The notes under the pieces were generated by a model, which had not been told where the DNA came from, searched no databases, and worked only from the letters and a program-made list of their open reading frames with translations. The translations under genes were made by a program, and so were the position numbers. This document shows positions 9,603-23,650 of a stretch of DNA of 64,000 bases, piece by piece (within the stretch, counting starts at the first letter, position 1; every line of letters starts with the position of its first letter). The stretch is taken from positions 7,241 through 71,240 of the forward strand of contig JADHVI010000003.1 of assembly GCA_016784125.1 (NCBI GenBank), in the 5' to 3' direction. Origin of the DNA: Candidatus Woesearchaeota archaeon. GTDB taxonomy: Archaea; Nanobdellota; Nanobdellia; Woesearchaeales; GCA-2686295.

Positions 9603-11343
9603 TCTTCTTCTGTTTATAGAACTCTTCTTGGATTCTTTCTAATGTACAAGCATCATCAGGACTTCTATCGTCTCTGAGAGTTTTTACTCTAGGGAATCTT
9701 AAAGCATAGCCACTGCTGTATGTTGGACTTGCTTGGATTTCTTCGAATTGGATTTCAAGAACTATCTCAGGTTTAATCGTGACTTCTCGGCCTTTCTCTT
9801 GTTTGAAATGAGGTTTTAATAATTCTGTTAATTCTCCAAAGGATAATCCTTCTTCTGGCTTCTCTTTGACACCAGTGCCAACCTTACCTATTTCTAAGAA
9901 CTCACCGTTTTCATTGACACAAGCTAATGTAAATGAAGTTAGCCAACCGCTTCGTTTTCCCTCGCCCCATTCAGCGCCGACTACTACTAAATCAAGTGTG
10001 TCCATGTAAGACTTCAATTTAATCCATGAACCAGCTCTGGAGCCAGGTTTATAAGGTGCTTTCAGATTTTTAAGCATCACACCTTCATTACCTTTCTTCA
10101 CAGATTCATTGTAAAAAGCTGTTGCTTCTGCTTTATCGGATGTAACTATCTTTTTTGATAATATGATCTTGAATTCATCTTCTTTGATGATTTTCTCGAG
10201 TAAAATTCTTCTCTCTTCTAATGTCTTATTGAGCATTGTTTCTCCGTCATAATATAGAACATCAAAAACATTCAGTTCGACAGGAAGTTTTTTTGCAAGT
10301 TCCTCAATATTATACTTCCTTCTAATTCTTTGAGAAATATGTTGAAACACCATGTACTTCTTTGTTTTAGGATCATATCCAACTGCTTCACAATCAATTA
10401 TGAAATTTTTACCTTCAACGTTTTTCAAAACATACTTTGCAACTTCAGGGAATTGTCCAGTAACATCCTCTAGTCTTCTGGTTAAAATTTTAATCTGATT
10501 GTTGAATTTATGTATTTGTACTCTGAAACCATCATATTTGTACTCGAGAACAGCAGGAACTCCAACTTTTTCAAAACCTTCGTCCATGGTTGCAACTTTC
10601 TGAGCAAGCATAACCTTAATTGGATTTCCAGGAACCAAATTTATATTTCCTAGTTCTTTCTCACCTTTTATGGCAGCCAAAGCTACTGTTGCAAAATCAT
10701 TGCTTTTATCATACGCGCTTTGAACTAGCCCAACTACTTTGTTGAATTCTTCTCTATCGACGTCAATAGATATTTTTTCAGGATCGTAATTTACTTCTAT
10801 AGGTAAGTAAGCCCAAACAATAGAATCTCGTAGTGCACCATCTCCTATGCCCACTCTTAAGTCTTCTAAGACAGTTCTAATAATGTACTTAGCCTCTTTT
10901 GGTTTGGCACTTGATAATAATTCTGCAATCAATTGAGTCTTCCTGTCAACGCTCCCCATGCCTTCCATGTCATTAAGCTTTCTAAGATTAGAGAAGACTT
11001 TAGCTACGCTTAAGCTAGTTGAAAATAATGTTGCTTGAGATTTTGTGCCAATTACTTCTTCAGAAACTAATCCGAGATCACCGATCTCCTTCCATAATTG
11101 TTCAATCCTGCTGATTCCAGCTCCTGAAGCAGTATTGATTGCTTTCAAGACGAGCTTGCTTGCCACACCAATTTTTCGCTTGTCCCAATCAGGATATAAC
11201 TGTCCTCTTAATAACAAGATGATTGTACTTATATCCTCTTCATTGGTTTTCTTCAAAAGCTCAGATATATAGAATGTTTTTTCAAGTCTTTTGGAAGTGG
11301 ATTCAATCTTCTCATACACCTCGACCAGGTCGGAGTATTTCAT
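9598..11343 (-). CDS. lig: ATP-dependent DNA ligase
   Basis: EYKYDGFRVQ motif I, EGVMLK, WIKLK, ALRFPR. Confidence 0.97.
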   Translation of the reverse strand: MKYSDLVEVYEKIESTSKRLEKTFYISELLKKTNEEDISTIILLLRGQLYPDWDKRKIGVASKLVLKAINTASGAGISRIEQLWKEIGDLGLVSEEVIGTKSQATLFSTSLSVAKVFSNLRKLNDMEGMGSVDRKTQLIAELLSSAKPKEAKYIIRTVLEDLRVGIGDGALRDSIVWAYLPIEVNYDPEKISIDVDREEFNKVVGLVQSAYDKSNDFATVALAAIKGEKELGNINLVPGNPIKVMLAQKVATMDEGFEKVGVPAVLEYKYDGFRVQIHKFNNQIKILTRRLEDVTGQFPEVAKYVLKNVEGKNFIIDCEAVGYDPKTKKYMVFQHISQRIRRKYNIEELAKKLPVELNVFDVLYYDGETMLNKTLEERRILLEKIIKEDEFKIILSKKIVTSDKAEATAFYNESVKKGNEGVMLKNLKAPYKPGSRAGSWIKLKSYMDTLDLVVVGAEWGEGKRSGWLTSFTLACVNENGEFLEIGKVGTGVKEKPEEGLSFGELTELLKPHFKQEKGREVTIKPEIVLEIQFEEIQASPTYSSGYALRFPRVKTLRDDRSPDDACTLERIQEEFYKQKKS

Positions 11344-11534
11344 AAGATTTCATAAAGGAGGATCGTTTAAATAGTTTATCAAAAAGCGAAGCTTTTTTGG
11401 AAACTTCAAAAAATTTGGTTTTTTGTTAGTTTTTATCAAAGCAATATTTATAAATTGCTCTTGTTTTTCTCGCTCTATGAAACATCAAAAATCTTATGAT
11501 TTTTGGGCTTCATAAAATTTAAGAGGATATTTTT

Positions 11535-11687
11535 ATGAAATGTGATATTTGTGGTAAGAAAATAGAAAAGACATTCCTAAACAAGATTGTGGGCTCTTAT
11601 ATGCGTAACAGCAAACATAAGAAAAAAGTTGTTTGTCCAGAATGTCAGAAGAAGTACGGCAAGGAAGAATTACTAACTAAGTTATGA
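11535..11687 (+). CDS. 50-aa C4 zinc-finger microprotein (not in ORF track)
   Basis: MKCDICGKKIEKTFLNKIVGSYMRNSKHKKKVVCPECQKKYGKEELLTKL*; two CxxC; GAGGA RBS. Confidence 0.8.
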   Translation: MKCDICGKKIEKTFLNKIVGSYMRNSKHKKKVVCPECQKKYGKEELLTKL

Positions 11688-11699
11688 ATTAATTCTCAT

Positions 11700-11848
11700 G
11701 CCTCCGTAGCATAGAAGCTATTGCGGCAGCCTCGTACAACCGTTACGCCAGTTGATGTCAAAGTGGGTTTCCTCGCTTTGCTCGTCAAGCCCACGGGGTA
11801 AAGGTGAGAGCAAGCTGCAGGTCGGGGGTGCAACTCCCCTCGGAGGCT
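11700..11848 (+). tRNA. tRNA-Thr(CGT) with 76-nt intron at 37/38 (11737-11812)
   Basis: acceptor GCCTCCG/CGGAGGC, U discriminator, anticodon stem GCAGC/GCTGC with loop CT-CGT-A|intron|A, T-arm GGGGG-TGCAACT-CCCCT. Confidence 0.88.
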
Positions 11849-11897
11849 TATTATTACTATAAGAATATTTATAAACTAACAATTATTCTGTTCTTCT

Positions 11898-12449
11898 ATG
11901 TCTCCTTATGATATTGGCGAGGTCAAAAGTGTTAGAAAGAAACTTGGTTTAACTCAATCAGATCTTGCTAAGAAAGCTAATGTTTCTCAATCGCTCATTG
12001 CGAAGATTGAAAGTGATAAATTAGATCCGACTTATTCTAATGCGGTCAAGATATTTGATGCTTTGGATTCTATGCAGAAGAAAAAGTCTTTGAAAGCCAG
12101 GGACTTCATTCACTCTGGAGTCATCGCTTGTCAAGAAGATGATTTGGTGCGGGCTGTTATTAAAAAGATGAAACGGCACGAAATTAGTCAGTTGCCTGTA
12201 ATAAGAAATGAGGCTATTGTGGGCGTCGTATCTGAAACAAGATTAATTGATTATTTGATAGATAATCCTAATATGGATTTGAAAGTTAAGGTTGTGATGG
12301 GGGATATTCCGCCTATTGTTTCTTTAAATACTGATGAATCAGTTATTTCTAGTTTGCTGAAATATTTTGCGTTAATTATTGTTCAAGATATGGGTAAGCT
12401 TAAAGGTGTTATAACCAGGTCCGATATTCTTAGACGAATATATGGGTAG
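11898..12449 (+). CDS. XRE-HTH plus CBS-pair transcriptional regulator
   Basis: RKKLGLTQSDLAKKANVSQSLIAKIE; ISQLPV and GVITRSDIL CBS motifs. Confidence 0.9.
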   Translation: MSPYDIGEVKSVRKKLGLTQSDLAKKANVSQSLIAKIESDKLDPTYSNAVKIFDALDSMQKKKSLKARDFIHSGVIACQEDDLVRAVIKKMKRHEISQLPVIRNEAIVGVVSETRLIDYLIDNPNMDLKVKVVMGDIPPIVSLNTDESVISSLLKYFALIIVQDMGKLKGVITRSDILRRIYG

Positions 12450-12651
12450 AAACATTCTTAATTATTAGTGCACTCTTTTTTTTTAAGAATAAGGCAAGAT
12501 TAATTATCTTCGAGGTAGAAACATTCTTAATTATTAGTGCACTCTTTTTTCTTAAGAATAAGGCAAGATTAATTATCTTCGAGGTAGAAACATTCTTAAT
12601 TATTAGTGCACTCTTTTTTCTTAAGAATAAGGCAAGATTAATTATCTTCGA
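12445..12651. repeat. 69-bp tandem repeat x3
   Basis: unit GGTAGAAACATTCTTAATTATTAGTGCACTCTTTTTTCTTAAGAATAAGGCAAGATTAATTATCTTCGA at 12445, 12514, 12583; one substitution in copy 1. Confidence 0.95.
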
Positions 12652-12664
12652 ATTTGAGAAGATA

Positions 12665-13165
12665 TTATTTCTTGCTGTTACTAAGTTCTTTTAACCTTTC
12701 GGTTAAGAATTCGATTGTTCTTTTGTTGTCTTGTTCGTGCATTATCTCTCCGCACTCAAGGCATTTAAAGTTGTGTTCTATTGCTTGATCGAAAATCATT
12801 CTTGCGCAAGCATTCTTGCACATGTAAAATGTGTTTGTTTGCTCTTTCTCTAGGCGTTCATTTAACTTTTCGATTTGCTTTAACTTTATCTTCAAGGCTA
12901 TCTCAGGGATTATCTTCTCATTGAAATCCCAATAACAAATGTACCATCCTTTAATCTTATCTTTTTTTCTTAGGAAGTGTACGATGTTATGTTCATATAA
13001 CCTATAAAGTAAGTTTCTGGTTCTATGGATCTCTAAGTCCAGCTCTTCTGCTACTATGAACTCAGAGATCTTGTTCTTTCCCCTCAGATAGAACACTATT
13101 TCTAAAGCCTCTTCTCCAACCAACTCCGTAACAACCTCTTCTATGAGCTTTTTATTGATGGTCAT
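12665..13165 (-). CDS. tfe: transcription factor E (TFE alpha)
   Basis: wHTH (SEFIVAEEL, RNLLYRL, KGWYICYW) plus Zn ribbon FYMCKNAC...FKCLECG; probable start MTINKK. Confidence 0.9.
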   Translation of the reverse strand: MTINKKLIEEVVTELVGEEALEIVFYLRGKNKISEFIVAEELDLEIHRTRNLLYRLYEHNIVHFLRKKDKIKGWYICYWDFNEKIIPEIALKIKLKQIEKLNERLEKEQTNTFYMCKNACARMIFDQAIEHNFKCLECGEIMHEQDNKRTIEFLTERLKELSNSKK

Positions 13166-13651
13166 CTTATTTGTTTTTTTTAGTAAACATAATTGTTCCA
13201 TTTTATTTTTCTCCGTTCATCCTTGGATTGCTAAGTCTACATCCTATCTGTTCCTTAGCTAACAAGCCCCCAAGAATGTCTTGTGTTGCAAATAGTATTA
13301 CCGTTTTTCGTCTTTATAAACTTTTCGGTAAAAAAAACTTTATTTGTATGGACGAGTACCTCTCTACAGTCGAGAAAATATACTAAAAACCACACTAATG
13401 TATATAAGTGTATATTAACTACTAATTAGGTACAATGTGATAATTGTTAAAAAATACGTAAAATAAGCAATATTCTGTAATGTGCATCTCAAGATGCAAA
13501 TAAACAGAGATAAACTATTTCTTAATGGCACTGAGATTATACAATGCAAGAAAACAATGGTTTTCAAATTACTCAAAATATTTTTCTAAGAAAATTGCTT
13601 TTAAAAAATATAATGAGAGCCGCACATAAACTTATAGTCTTAATATATAAA

Positions 13652-16535
<2,884 letters not shown>

Positions 16536-16723
16536 TTTATTTTTATATAATGCAAAGACTGGTTTGTTTATGTGCGGCTTCATTAACATGATATATCACA
16601 ACACACTGTATGTTGTGGAAAGTTCAAAAGCCGGTGCTTTTGAACAAATCTAAGTAAGCATGTCTATGCCATAAGATTAACAGATGTTATCTAATTAATC
16701 TAGTGTGTAAAGTAAATATGAAG

Positions 16724-16797
16724 TGGACTCGTCGGGATTCGAACCCGAAGCCTTCTGGTTGCAAACCAGACGCTCTACCAGGTTGAGCTACGAGCCC
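16724..16797 (-). tRNA. tRNA-Ala(TGC) in 16S-23S spacer
   Basis: GGGCTCGTAGCTCAACCTGGTAGAGCGTCTGGTTTGCAACCAGAAGGCTTCGGGTTCGAATCCCGACGAGTCCA; G3:U70. Confidence 0.97.
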
Positions 16798-16870
16798 GTA
16801 TAAGTCCTATAGTAATGAGTATAAAAGGTAGGAATAAAAGAAACTATAAAATTATTAAATTAATAAAAAA

Positions 16871-18333
<1,463 letters not shown>

Positions 18334-18699
18334 TGTTTCTCAATTTCCGAGTTCCAAAAATTTACAATTTTTGTTACAACGGGAATTAATTTGTATTTCT
18401 AATTCAACAAAAGTTGAATACCGCTAGAATTACTTGTTTTATATCCTATAGTACGTTCATGGTCGCTTATATTAGTCACAATTATTTAGAATTGGCTCTA
18501 TATTTTAGAGCTATATAGTTTCATGGTTTTATTCCTACCAATACTTGAATTTTTATTTCAAGCATGAACTTCAGGTGTGTTATTCGTCATGCTAACGACC
18601 CGAAGGTCTCTGACAGAATTGGCGTTGATGAGTAGAAAATCACGATTTGGATTCTCGCCTTCACATCGATTGATTGTGAGATGTTTAGGGAAAAAAAGG

Positions 18700-18712
18700 C
18701 CATTTATAAATC
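18700..18712 (-). promoter_or_regulatory. probable rRNA operon TATA box
   Basis: TTTATAAA upstream of a ~350-nt structured 5' ETS (includes GACC-TTCG-GGTC hairpin). Confidence 0.5.
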
Positions 18713-18761
18713 TTACGATTAAAAGTATGATAATTTTTTTAGAAAGGTAAATAACTTGGAA

Positions 18762-19007
18762 TTACTGGTCGGTTTCAGTACATATATGATCTATGCATTT
18801 GCAAGTGAAATTTTCATATTGTAAACAAGCATTGTCTGGTGGGGCTGTTTCTAAAAATGTGTTTGAATAACAACCGCTGCAAGTCAAAAGTCCACAGTCT
18901 CCATTTGAAACACAATATTTGTCTGAGTTAACTTCGCTATCTGCGGGCGCACAACTAACTGCAACGAGCGCGACGCATAGTATTATAGTAATTAGTAATA
19001 TTTTCAT
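18762..19007 (-). CDS. small secreted Cys-rich protein, possible lipoprotein
   Basis: signal peptide ending AVSC; six further Cys. Confidence 0.7.
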   Translation of the reverse strand: MKILLITIILCVALVAVSCAPADSEVNSDKYCVSNGDCGLLTCSGCYSNTFLETAPPDNACLQYENFTCKCIDHICTETDQ

Positions 19008-19103
19008 ATTCTTTATACTATATTTATATAATATAAATTTTCCCTTTATGGTTCTTTTATTACAACAATATTTAAATATTTCAATTACTCAAAAATAGTA
19101 TAG

Positions 19104-19409
19104 GTGATTACTGGCACAGCGAAACGACAGAAACACGACAAATATCAGGATTATCTGTACGAACGGATAAAACATTCTTACAACGAAATATTGACTAATA
19201 TCCCATTATATTCTCAGAAGAAAGGTCGAAGAATAGCAGAAATAGATATCTTGGCATTTCATAATGATGGCTGTGATATTTATGAAGTAAAATGTTCTTA
19301 TAGGCCGGTCAAAGCAAAGAAACAACTGACAAAAATAAAACGATTAGTGCCAAATGTCAAGAACACATTTTTCTTCTGTGGAGAATCTGGTGTTTTAGAA
19401 TCTGTTTGA
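19104..19409 (+). CDS. small PD-(D/E)XK nuclease-like protein
   Basis: AEIDILA...IYEVK motif. Confidence 0.7.
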   Translation: MITGTAKRQKHDKYQDYLYERIKHSYNEILTNIPLYSQKKGRRIAEIDILAFHNDGCDIYEVKCSYRPVKAKKQLTKIKRLVPNVKNTFFFCGESGVLESV

Positions 19410-19446
19410 GTATATAAATGAATTTTAATTCTCATTTAATTTTTTA

Positions 19447-19809
19447 TTAATTATCCTTTTCCCAATAGATATCTGTTTCATCATAATTAATTTTAAACGC
19501 GATATACAAGAAGTCATCATCACTATTATTCACAACTTCATGCAAATCATCTGGTTCTATTACAATAACATCATTTTTTTCAACTAGAATTTTTGTTCCG
19601 TTCACGATAAAGAATCCATTATTGTTTAAGAAATAAAATATTTCTGTTTGTTTTTTGTGATGATGATTTTTTGCAACCTCATGTGGCTTAATTTTAATTT
19701 GTTGAACATGAGTTCCAGGTGCATTTAAATCTGTTTCAGTGAGAAACACTTTTTTACTATACCCCTCTTTTTCATCCCAAGATTTTTCCGATGACTTAAT
19801 GAATTTCAT
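19447..19809 (-). CDS. cupin domain protein
   Basis: HHHKKQTEIFY...IEPDDLHEV cupin motifs. Confidence 0.88.
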   Translation of the reverse strand: MKFIKSSEKSWDEKEGYSKKVFLTETDLNAPGTHVQQIKIKPHEVAKNHHHKKQTEIFYFLNNNGFFIVNGTKILVEKNDVIVIEPDDLHEVVNNSDDDFLYIAFKINYDETDIYWEKDN

Positions 19810-19858
19810 AAGAATAATTTGATGAAGATATTATATAAAACTATTGGTGGAGAAAAAA

Positions 19859-20248
19859 CTATTCTATTATTGAAGTGTGCATTATCTCAATTACGAAGTT
19901 GATAAACACATCTGGTAAGTCAAACCATAATTCTCTATCAGACCAACCACCATGTCTGAATGCAATGCCTTTATCTTCTGCCCATTGTTTAATCTCTTCA
20001 ACGTCTTCTTTTTGTGTGTCAGATATGAATGCGATGTGAGTATTAATCTTCTTTTCAATTGGTGTTTGTTTATCTTCTGTCTCAATCACCTGAATATTTA
20101 TCGGGATTGGTTCTTGTCGTATCATACACCACCGAGCATCTCCTTCTCTATAAACAAGCTTACAACCAAATTTCTCTAGAAGTTCTATAACTAATTCTAA
20201 TTTATTCGGTGTGATGTTAAATGCGAAATGATGTAGTTTAGTTTCCAT
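19859..20248 (-). CDS. VOC/glyoxalase-like protein
   Basis: LHHFAFNI...HIAF...FVIEIM. Confidence 0.75.
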   Translation of the reverse strand: METKLHHFAFNITPNKLELVIELLEKFGCKLVYREGDARWCMIRQEPIPINIQVIETEDKQTPIEKKINTHIAFISDTQKEDVEEIKQWAEDKGIAFRHGGWSDRELWFDLPDVFINFVIEIMHTSIIE

Positions 20249-20264
20249 GTTTTTTAGTTAATTT

Positions 20265-20987
20265 TTATTTTTTCTTTGCTATAAATAACATTTTAGGTTT
20301 ATTTAATTCTTTGTCTTTCAAAGTAGCCTTTGACAAGTCTCCGCCATAATGATCTAATACTTCAAATCCTGCTTGCTCTAAAAAGAATATTAGTTCTTGT
20401 GGAAAATATAATCTGCTGCTCTTAGTATAACTTCCAACTTTCTTGTTGTCTTTTAATCTGAGAAAAGTTCTTGTTCCAATAAGTCTTTGTTTAGTTACAT
20501 CAACTTTTTCTTCGATAATCGCTTTGATACCCATAGCGGTTCTGTCTTTGCCAGTATCAACTCTTCTACCAACTACGCGGTTTTCTATAAGACCCATTGC
20601 ATTCTTTGTTTGAACTAAAAGCAAACCTCCTTTTTTTAGATGTTTGTTGAAATTCTTAAATGTTCTAAACACTTCTTCATTTGTTTTATTAAAAGCAATT
20701 ATGTTATTGATACAAATAATTGCGTCAAACTCCTTATTCATATTCAGAGTTTGCATAGATTGACATCCAAATTTTAGGTTAGGATAGTTTTTCTTTGAAA
20801 ATTTCACTTTTGCAGGGTCGGCTTCAACACCTTCAGCATTGTAACCTTTATCATGAAGATGTTTAACATGAGAACCAACACCGCAGCCAACATCTAAAAC
20901 ACTTTTTATTTTCCCATATTTCTTGAATAGTTTAATAATAAAAGAAGTGTCCTTCTTACTCTTTGGCTCTTGACACATAGCCCACAC
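20265..20987 (-). CDS. class I SAM-dependent methyltransferase (start uncertain)
   Basis: VLDVGCGVG; HLKKGGLLL. Confidence 0.85.
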   Translation of the reverse strand: MWAMCQEPKSKKDTSFIIKLFKKYGKIKSVLDVGCGVGSHVKHLHDKGYNAEGVEADPAKVKFSKKNYPNLKFGCQSMQTLNMNKEFDAIICINNIIAFNKTNEEVFRTFKNFNKHLKKGGLLLVQTKNAMGLIENRVVGRRVDTGKDRTAMGIKAIIEEKVDVTKQRLIGTRTFLRLKDNKKVGSYTKSSRLYFPQELIFFLEQAGFEVLDHYGGDLSKATLKDKELNKPKMLFIAKKK

Positions 20988-21129
20988 AACAGGATTTTCA
21001 ATTGAGTACTTTGAATATTTAATATATTTAGTTTTAATCGCCTCCTATGTTGACATGAGACTAGAGAATATATAAATTCTTTTCTTTTGCCGTTAAGTAT
21101 ATATAAAAAAAAGATTTCTAATTATTATC

Positions 21130-21708
21130 ATGAAACAAGTTTATTCTAAGATGTGTGACTTGGCAAAACCATATTATGAAAAAGGACGTCCGATGGATGT
21201 ATCGCATATTGAATGGATGATGCCAGAAGCACTTCTTGTTTGTCAAAAAGAAGATCTTGATGATTCTCTGTTGCTACCATTAGTTATCTTACATGATGTT
21301 GGATATGCAGAGGTGCCAAAAGATCATCCCTTTAAATTGGATGTGAGAAGAGCACATATGGCTGCAGGAGTGAAAATTGCTAGAAGGATATTAGAGCAGC
21401 TTAATTATTCTAAAGAAAAAACTGAAAAAATAGAGTATTACATATCTGTTCATGATAATTGGGCTTGGGGAGACAATGAAATTTACAAACAAGATATTAT
21501 ATTAGGAACATTCACAGACTTGGATTATGCCTGGATGGCAACACCTAAAGGATTTCTGGCTCTTATGAAAATACTTGAAAAAAATAAGCAAGAGATGTTT
21601 GAATTCTTAAAAACCAATGATAAATTAGTATTAAGACCTTTTTCTACGAAGACAGTTAAGGATTTATACGAAAGCTACTTGGAAGATAGACAAAAAGAGT
21701 TATTCTAA
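21130..21708 (+). CDS. HD domain protein
   Basis: H...ILHDVGY...H...VHD...D pattern. Confidence 0.8.
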   Translation: MKQVYSKMCDLAKPYYEKGRPMDVSHIEWMMPEALLVCQKEDLDDSLLLPLVILHDVGYAEVPKDHPFKLDVRRAHMAAGVKIARRILEQLNYSKEKTEKIEYYISVHDNWAWGDNEIYKQDIILGTFTDLDYAWMATPKGFLALMKILEKNKQEMFEFLKTNDKLVLRPFSTKTVKDLYESYLEDRQKELF

Positions 21709-21709
21709 A

Positions 21710-23650
21710 TTAAAGAAGTTTGTCTCTTAGTTTTTTTATCTGATTTCTCTGTCTTATAGCCTCTTCAAAATCTAGTTTGTCAGCTGCTACTTGCATATCT
21801 TTTTCAAGTTCAATTATTAGATTTGGAATGTCTGATTTTGGAATATGTTTTACATCTTCTATATGTACTTCTTTTTCTTTAACTGGTTTTATGATTGTTT
21901 GTGGAGTTATATTATTATCTTTATTATATTTTATTTGTATTGTTCTTCTTCTAGCAGTCTCTTTTAATGCGTTTTTTATTGAGTCTGTTTCTCTATCTGC
22001 ATATAAGAATACTTTTGAATCAACATTTCTTGCAGCTCGTCCTATGATTTGTATTAGGCTTCTTGTGTCTCGCAAAAATCCTTCTTTATCAGCATCAAGA
22101 ATTCCAATTAATCCAACCTCTGGAATGTCAAGCCCTTCTCTAAGTAAGTTTATTCCAACTAAACAATCAAATTTTCCAAGTCTTAGTTCTCTGATGATCT
22201 CACTTCGTTCTAAAGTTTTAATTTCAGAATGCAAATATCTTGTTTTTATTCCTTGTTGTGCTAAATAATCAGTTAATTCTTCTGCAAGTTTCTTTGTAAG
22301 AGTTGTTACTAGTGCACGATTTTCTTTTTTAATAACCGCATTTACTTCTTTTTTCAAATGCTCCATTTGACCTTTTATTGGATGAATAAATACTTCTGGA
22401 TCAATTAATCCTGTTGGTCTAATGATTTGTTCTACAACTTGCGTTGAATGAGATGTTTCATATTCAGATGGTGTGGCTGAGACAAATATGATCTGTTCTT
22501 TTTTCATCTTTTTCTCAAACTCTTCAAACATTAGTGGTCTATTGTCAATTGCTGAAGGAAGTCTAAACCCATATTCTACAAGTGTGTTTTTCCTTGAGAA
22601 ATCTCCTTTGTACATCCCTCTAAACTGAGGTAGTGTCTGATGGCTTTCATCAATAAATATAAGATAATCTTCTTTAAAATAATCCAGTAAACAATATGGT
22701 GGTTCACCAGATTTACGTCCATCAATATGTCTTGAATAGTTTTCAATTCCTTTACAAGAACCTGTTTCTTCAATTAATTCAAGATCATACATGGTTCTTT
22801 GTTTTAATCTGTGTGCTTCTATCATTTCAAGTTTTGGAAGAACTTCCTCTAATTCTTGTTTAATTCTCTCAATTGCTTTTCGTAGTTCACTGTCAGGTGT
22901 TACGAAATGTTTTGCTGGATAAACAAAGAAGTAGCTTAAGTCTTCAATTACTTCAAGACTGGTTTTTTCAAGTTCTACTATTCGTTCAATTGAATCTCCA
23001 AAGAATTCTATTCTGATTATATCTTTTCCATATCCTGGAATGAAGTCAATTGTATCGCCCTTTGCTCTAAATCTTCCAGGCATTAATTCAAGATCATTTC
23101 GTTCATATAATGCACTAACTAATTTTCCAAGTAATTCATTTCTTGAAATATTCATATTTTTATGTAGTTCAAAACCCATTTTAATGAAATCATTTGGATT
23201 TCCAAGTCCATAAATTGCTGATACTGACGCGATAACAATTATATCTTTTCTACTAGAAATGGATGCGGTTGTTGCAAGTCTCATTCGCTCAAGAGTTGCA
23301 TTTATTTGTGAGTCTTTTTCGATATATTGATCTTTTGAAGGAATATAACTCTCTGGTTGATAATAATCATAGTAGGAAACAAAGTATTCAACTCTATTAT
23401 CTGGAAAAAAGTCTTTAAACTCATTGTATAATTGCGATGCTAGTGTTTTGTTGTGAGCGAGAATTATGGTTGGTTTATTTATTTGAGCAATGATATTTGC
23501 CATTGTAAAAGTCTTACCAGATCCAGTAACTCCTAAAAGTGTTTGAAAGTTATCTCCTTTGTTTATTCCACTAACTAGTTTTTTAATTGCCTCTGGCTGT
23601 GAACCTTTTGGCTTAAAATTAGCTTTTAATTTGAAAGTTTCTTGTTTCAT
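21710..23650 (-). CDS. uvrB: excinuclease ABC subunit B
   Basis: GVTGSGKT, YYDYYQPE, DESH, GRAARN, UVR coiled coil. Confidence 0.98.
   Translation of the reverse strand: MKQETFKLKANFKPKGSQPEAIKKLVSGINKGDNFQTLLGVTGSGKTFTMANIIAQINKPTIILAHNKTLASQLYNEFKDFFPDNRVEYFVSYYDYYQPESYIPSKDQYIEKDSQINATLERMRLATTASISSRKDIIVIASVSAIYGLGNPNDFIKMGFELHKNMNISRNELLGKLVSALYERNDLELMPGRFRAKGDTIDFIPGYGKDIIRIEFFGDSIERIVELEKTSLEVIEDLSYFFVYPAKHFVTPDSELRKAIERIKQELEEVLPKLEMIEAHRLKQRTMYDLELIEETGSCKGIENYSRHIDGRKSGEPPYCLLDYFKEDYLIFIDESHQTLPQFRGMYKGDFSRKNTLVEYGFRLPSAIDNRPLMFEEFEKKMKKEQIIFVSATPSEYETSHSTQVVEQIIRPTGLIDPEVFIHPIKGQMEHLKKEVNAVIKKENRALVTTLTKKLAEELTDYLAQQGIKTRYLHSEIKTLERSEIIRELRLGKFDCLVGINLLREGLDIPEVGLIGILDADKEGFLRDTRSLIQIIGRAARNVDSKVFLYADRETDSIKNALKETARRRTIQIKYNKDNNITPQTIIKPVKEKEVHIEDVKHIPKSDIPNLIIELEKDMQVAADKLDFEEAIRQRNQIKKLRDKLL

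Noticed and set aside
12445-12651. CRISPR array
   Set aside because: Units are contiguous and near-identical with no unique spacers; no cas operon in the window
13320-13610. Replication origin or 5S rRNA
   Set aside because: No ORB-like G-string repeats, no cdc6/orc1 neighbour, no 5S-like sequence; only AT-rich hairpins of the 3' ETS
20988-21056. N-terminal extension of the methyltransferase via ATG-TCA-ACA-TAG readthrough or an ATT start
   Set aside because: The ATG is too close to the TATA box to be transcribed; the true start cannot be resolved from sequence
19104-21708. Prophage, integron or defence island downstream of the rRNA promoter region
   Set aside because: No integrase, att repeats or phage structural genes; only small stand-alone accessory enzymes
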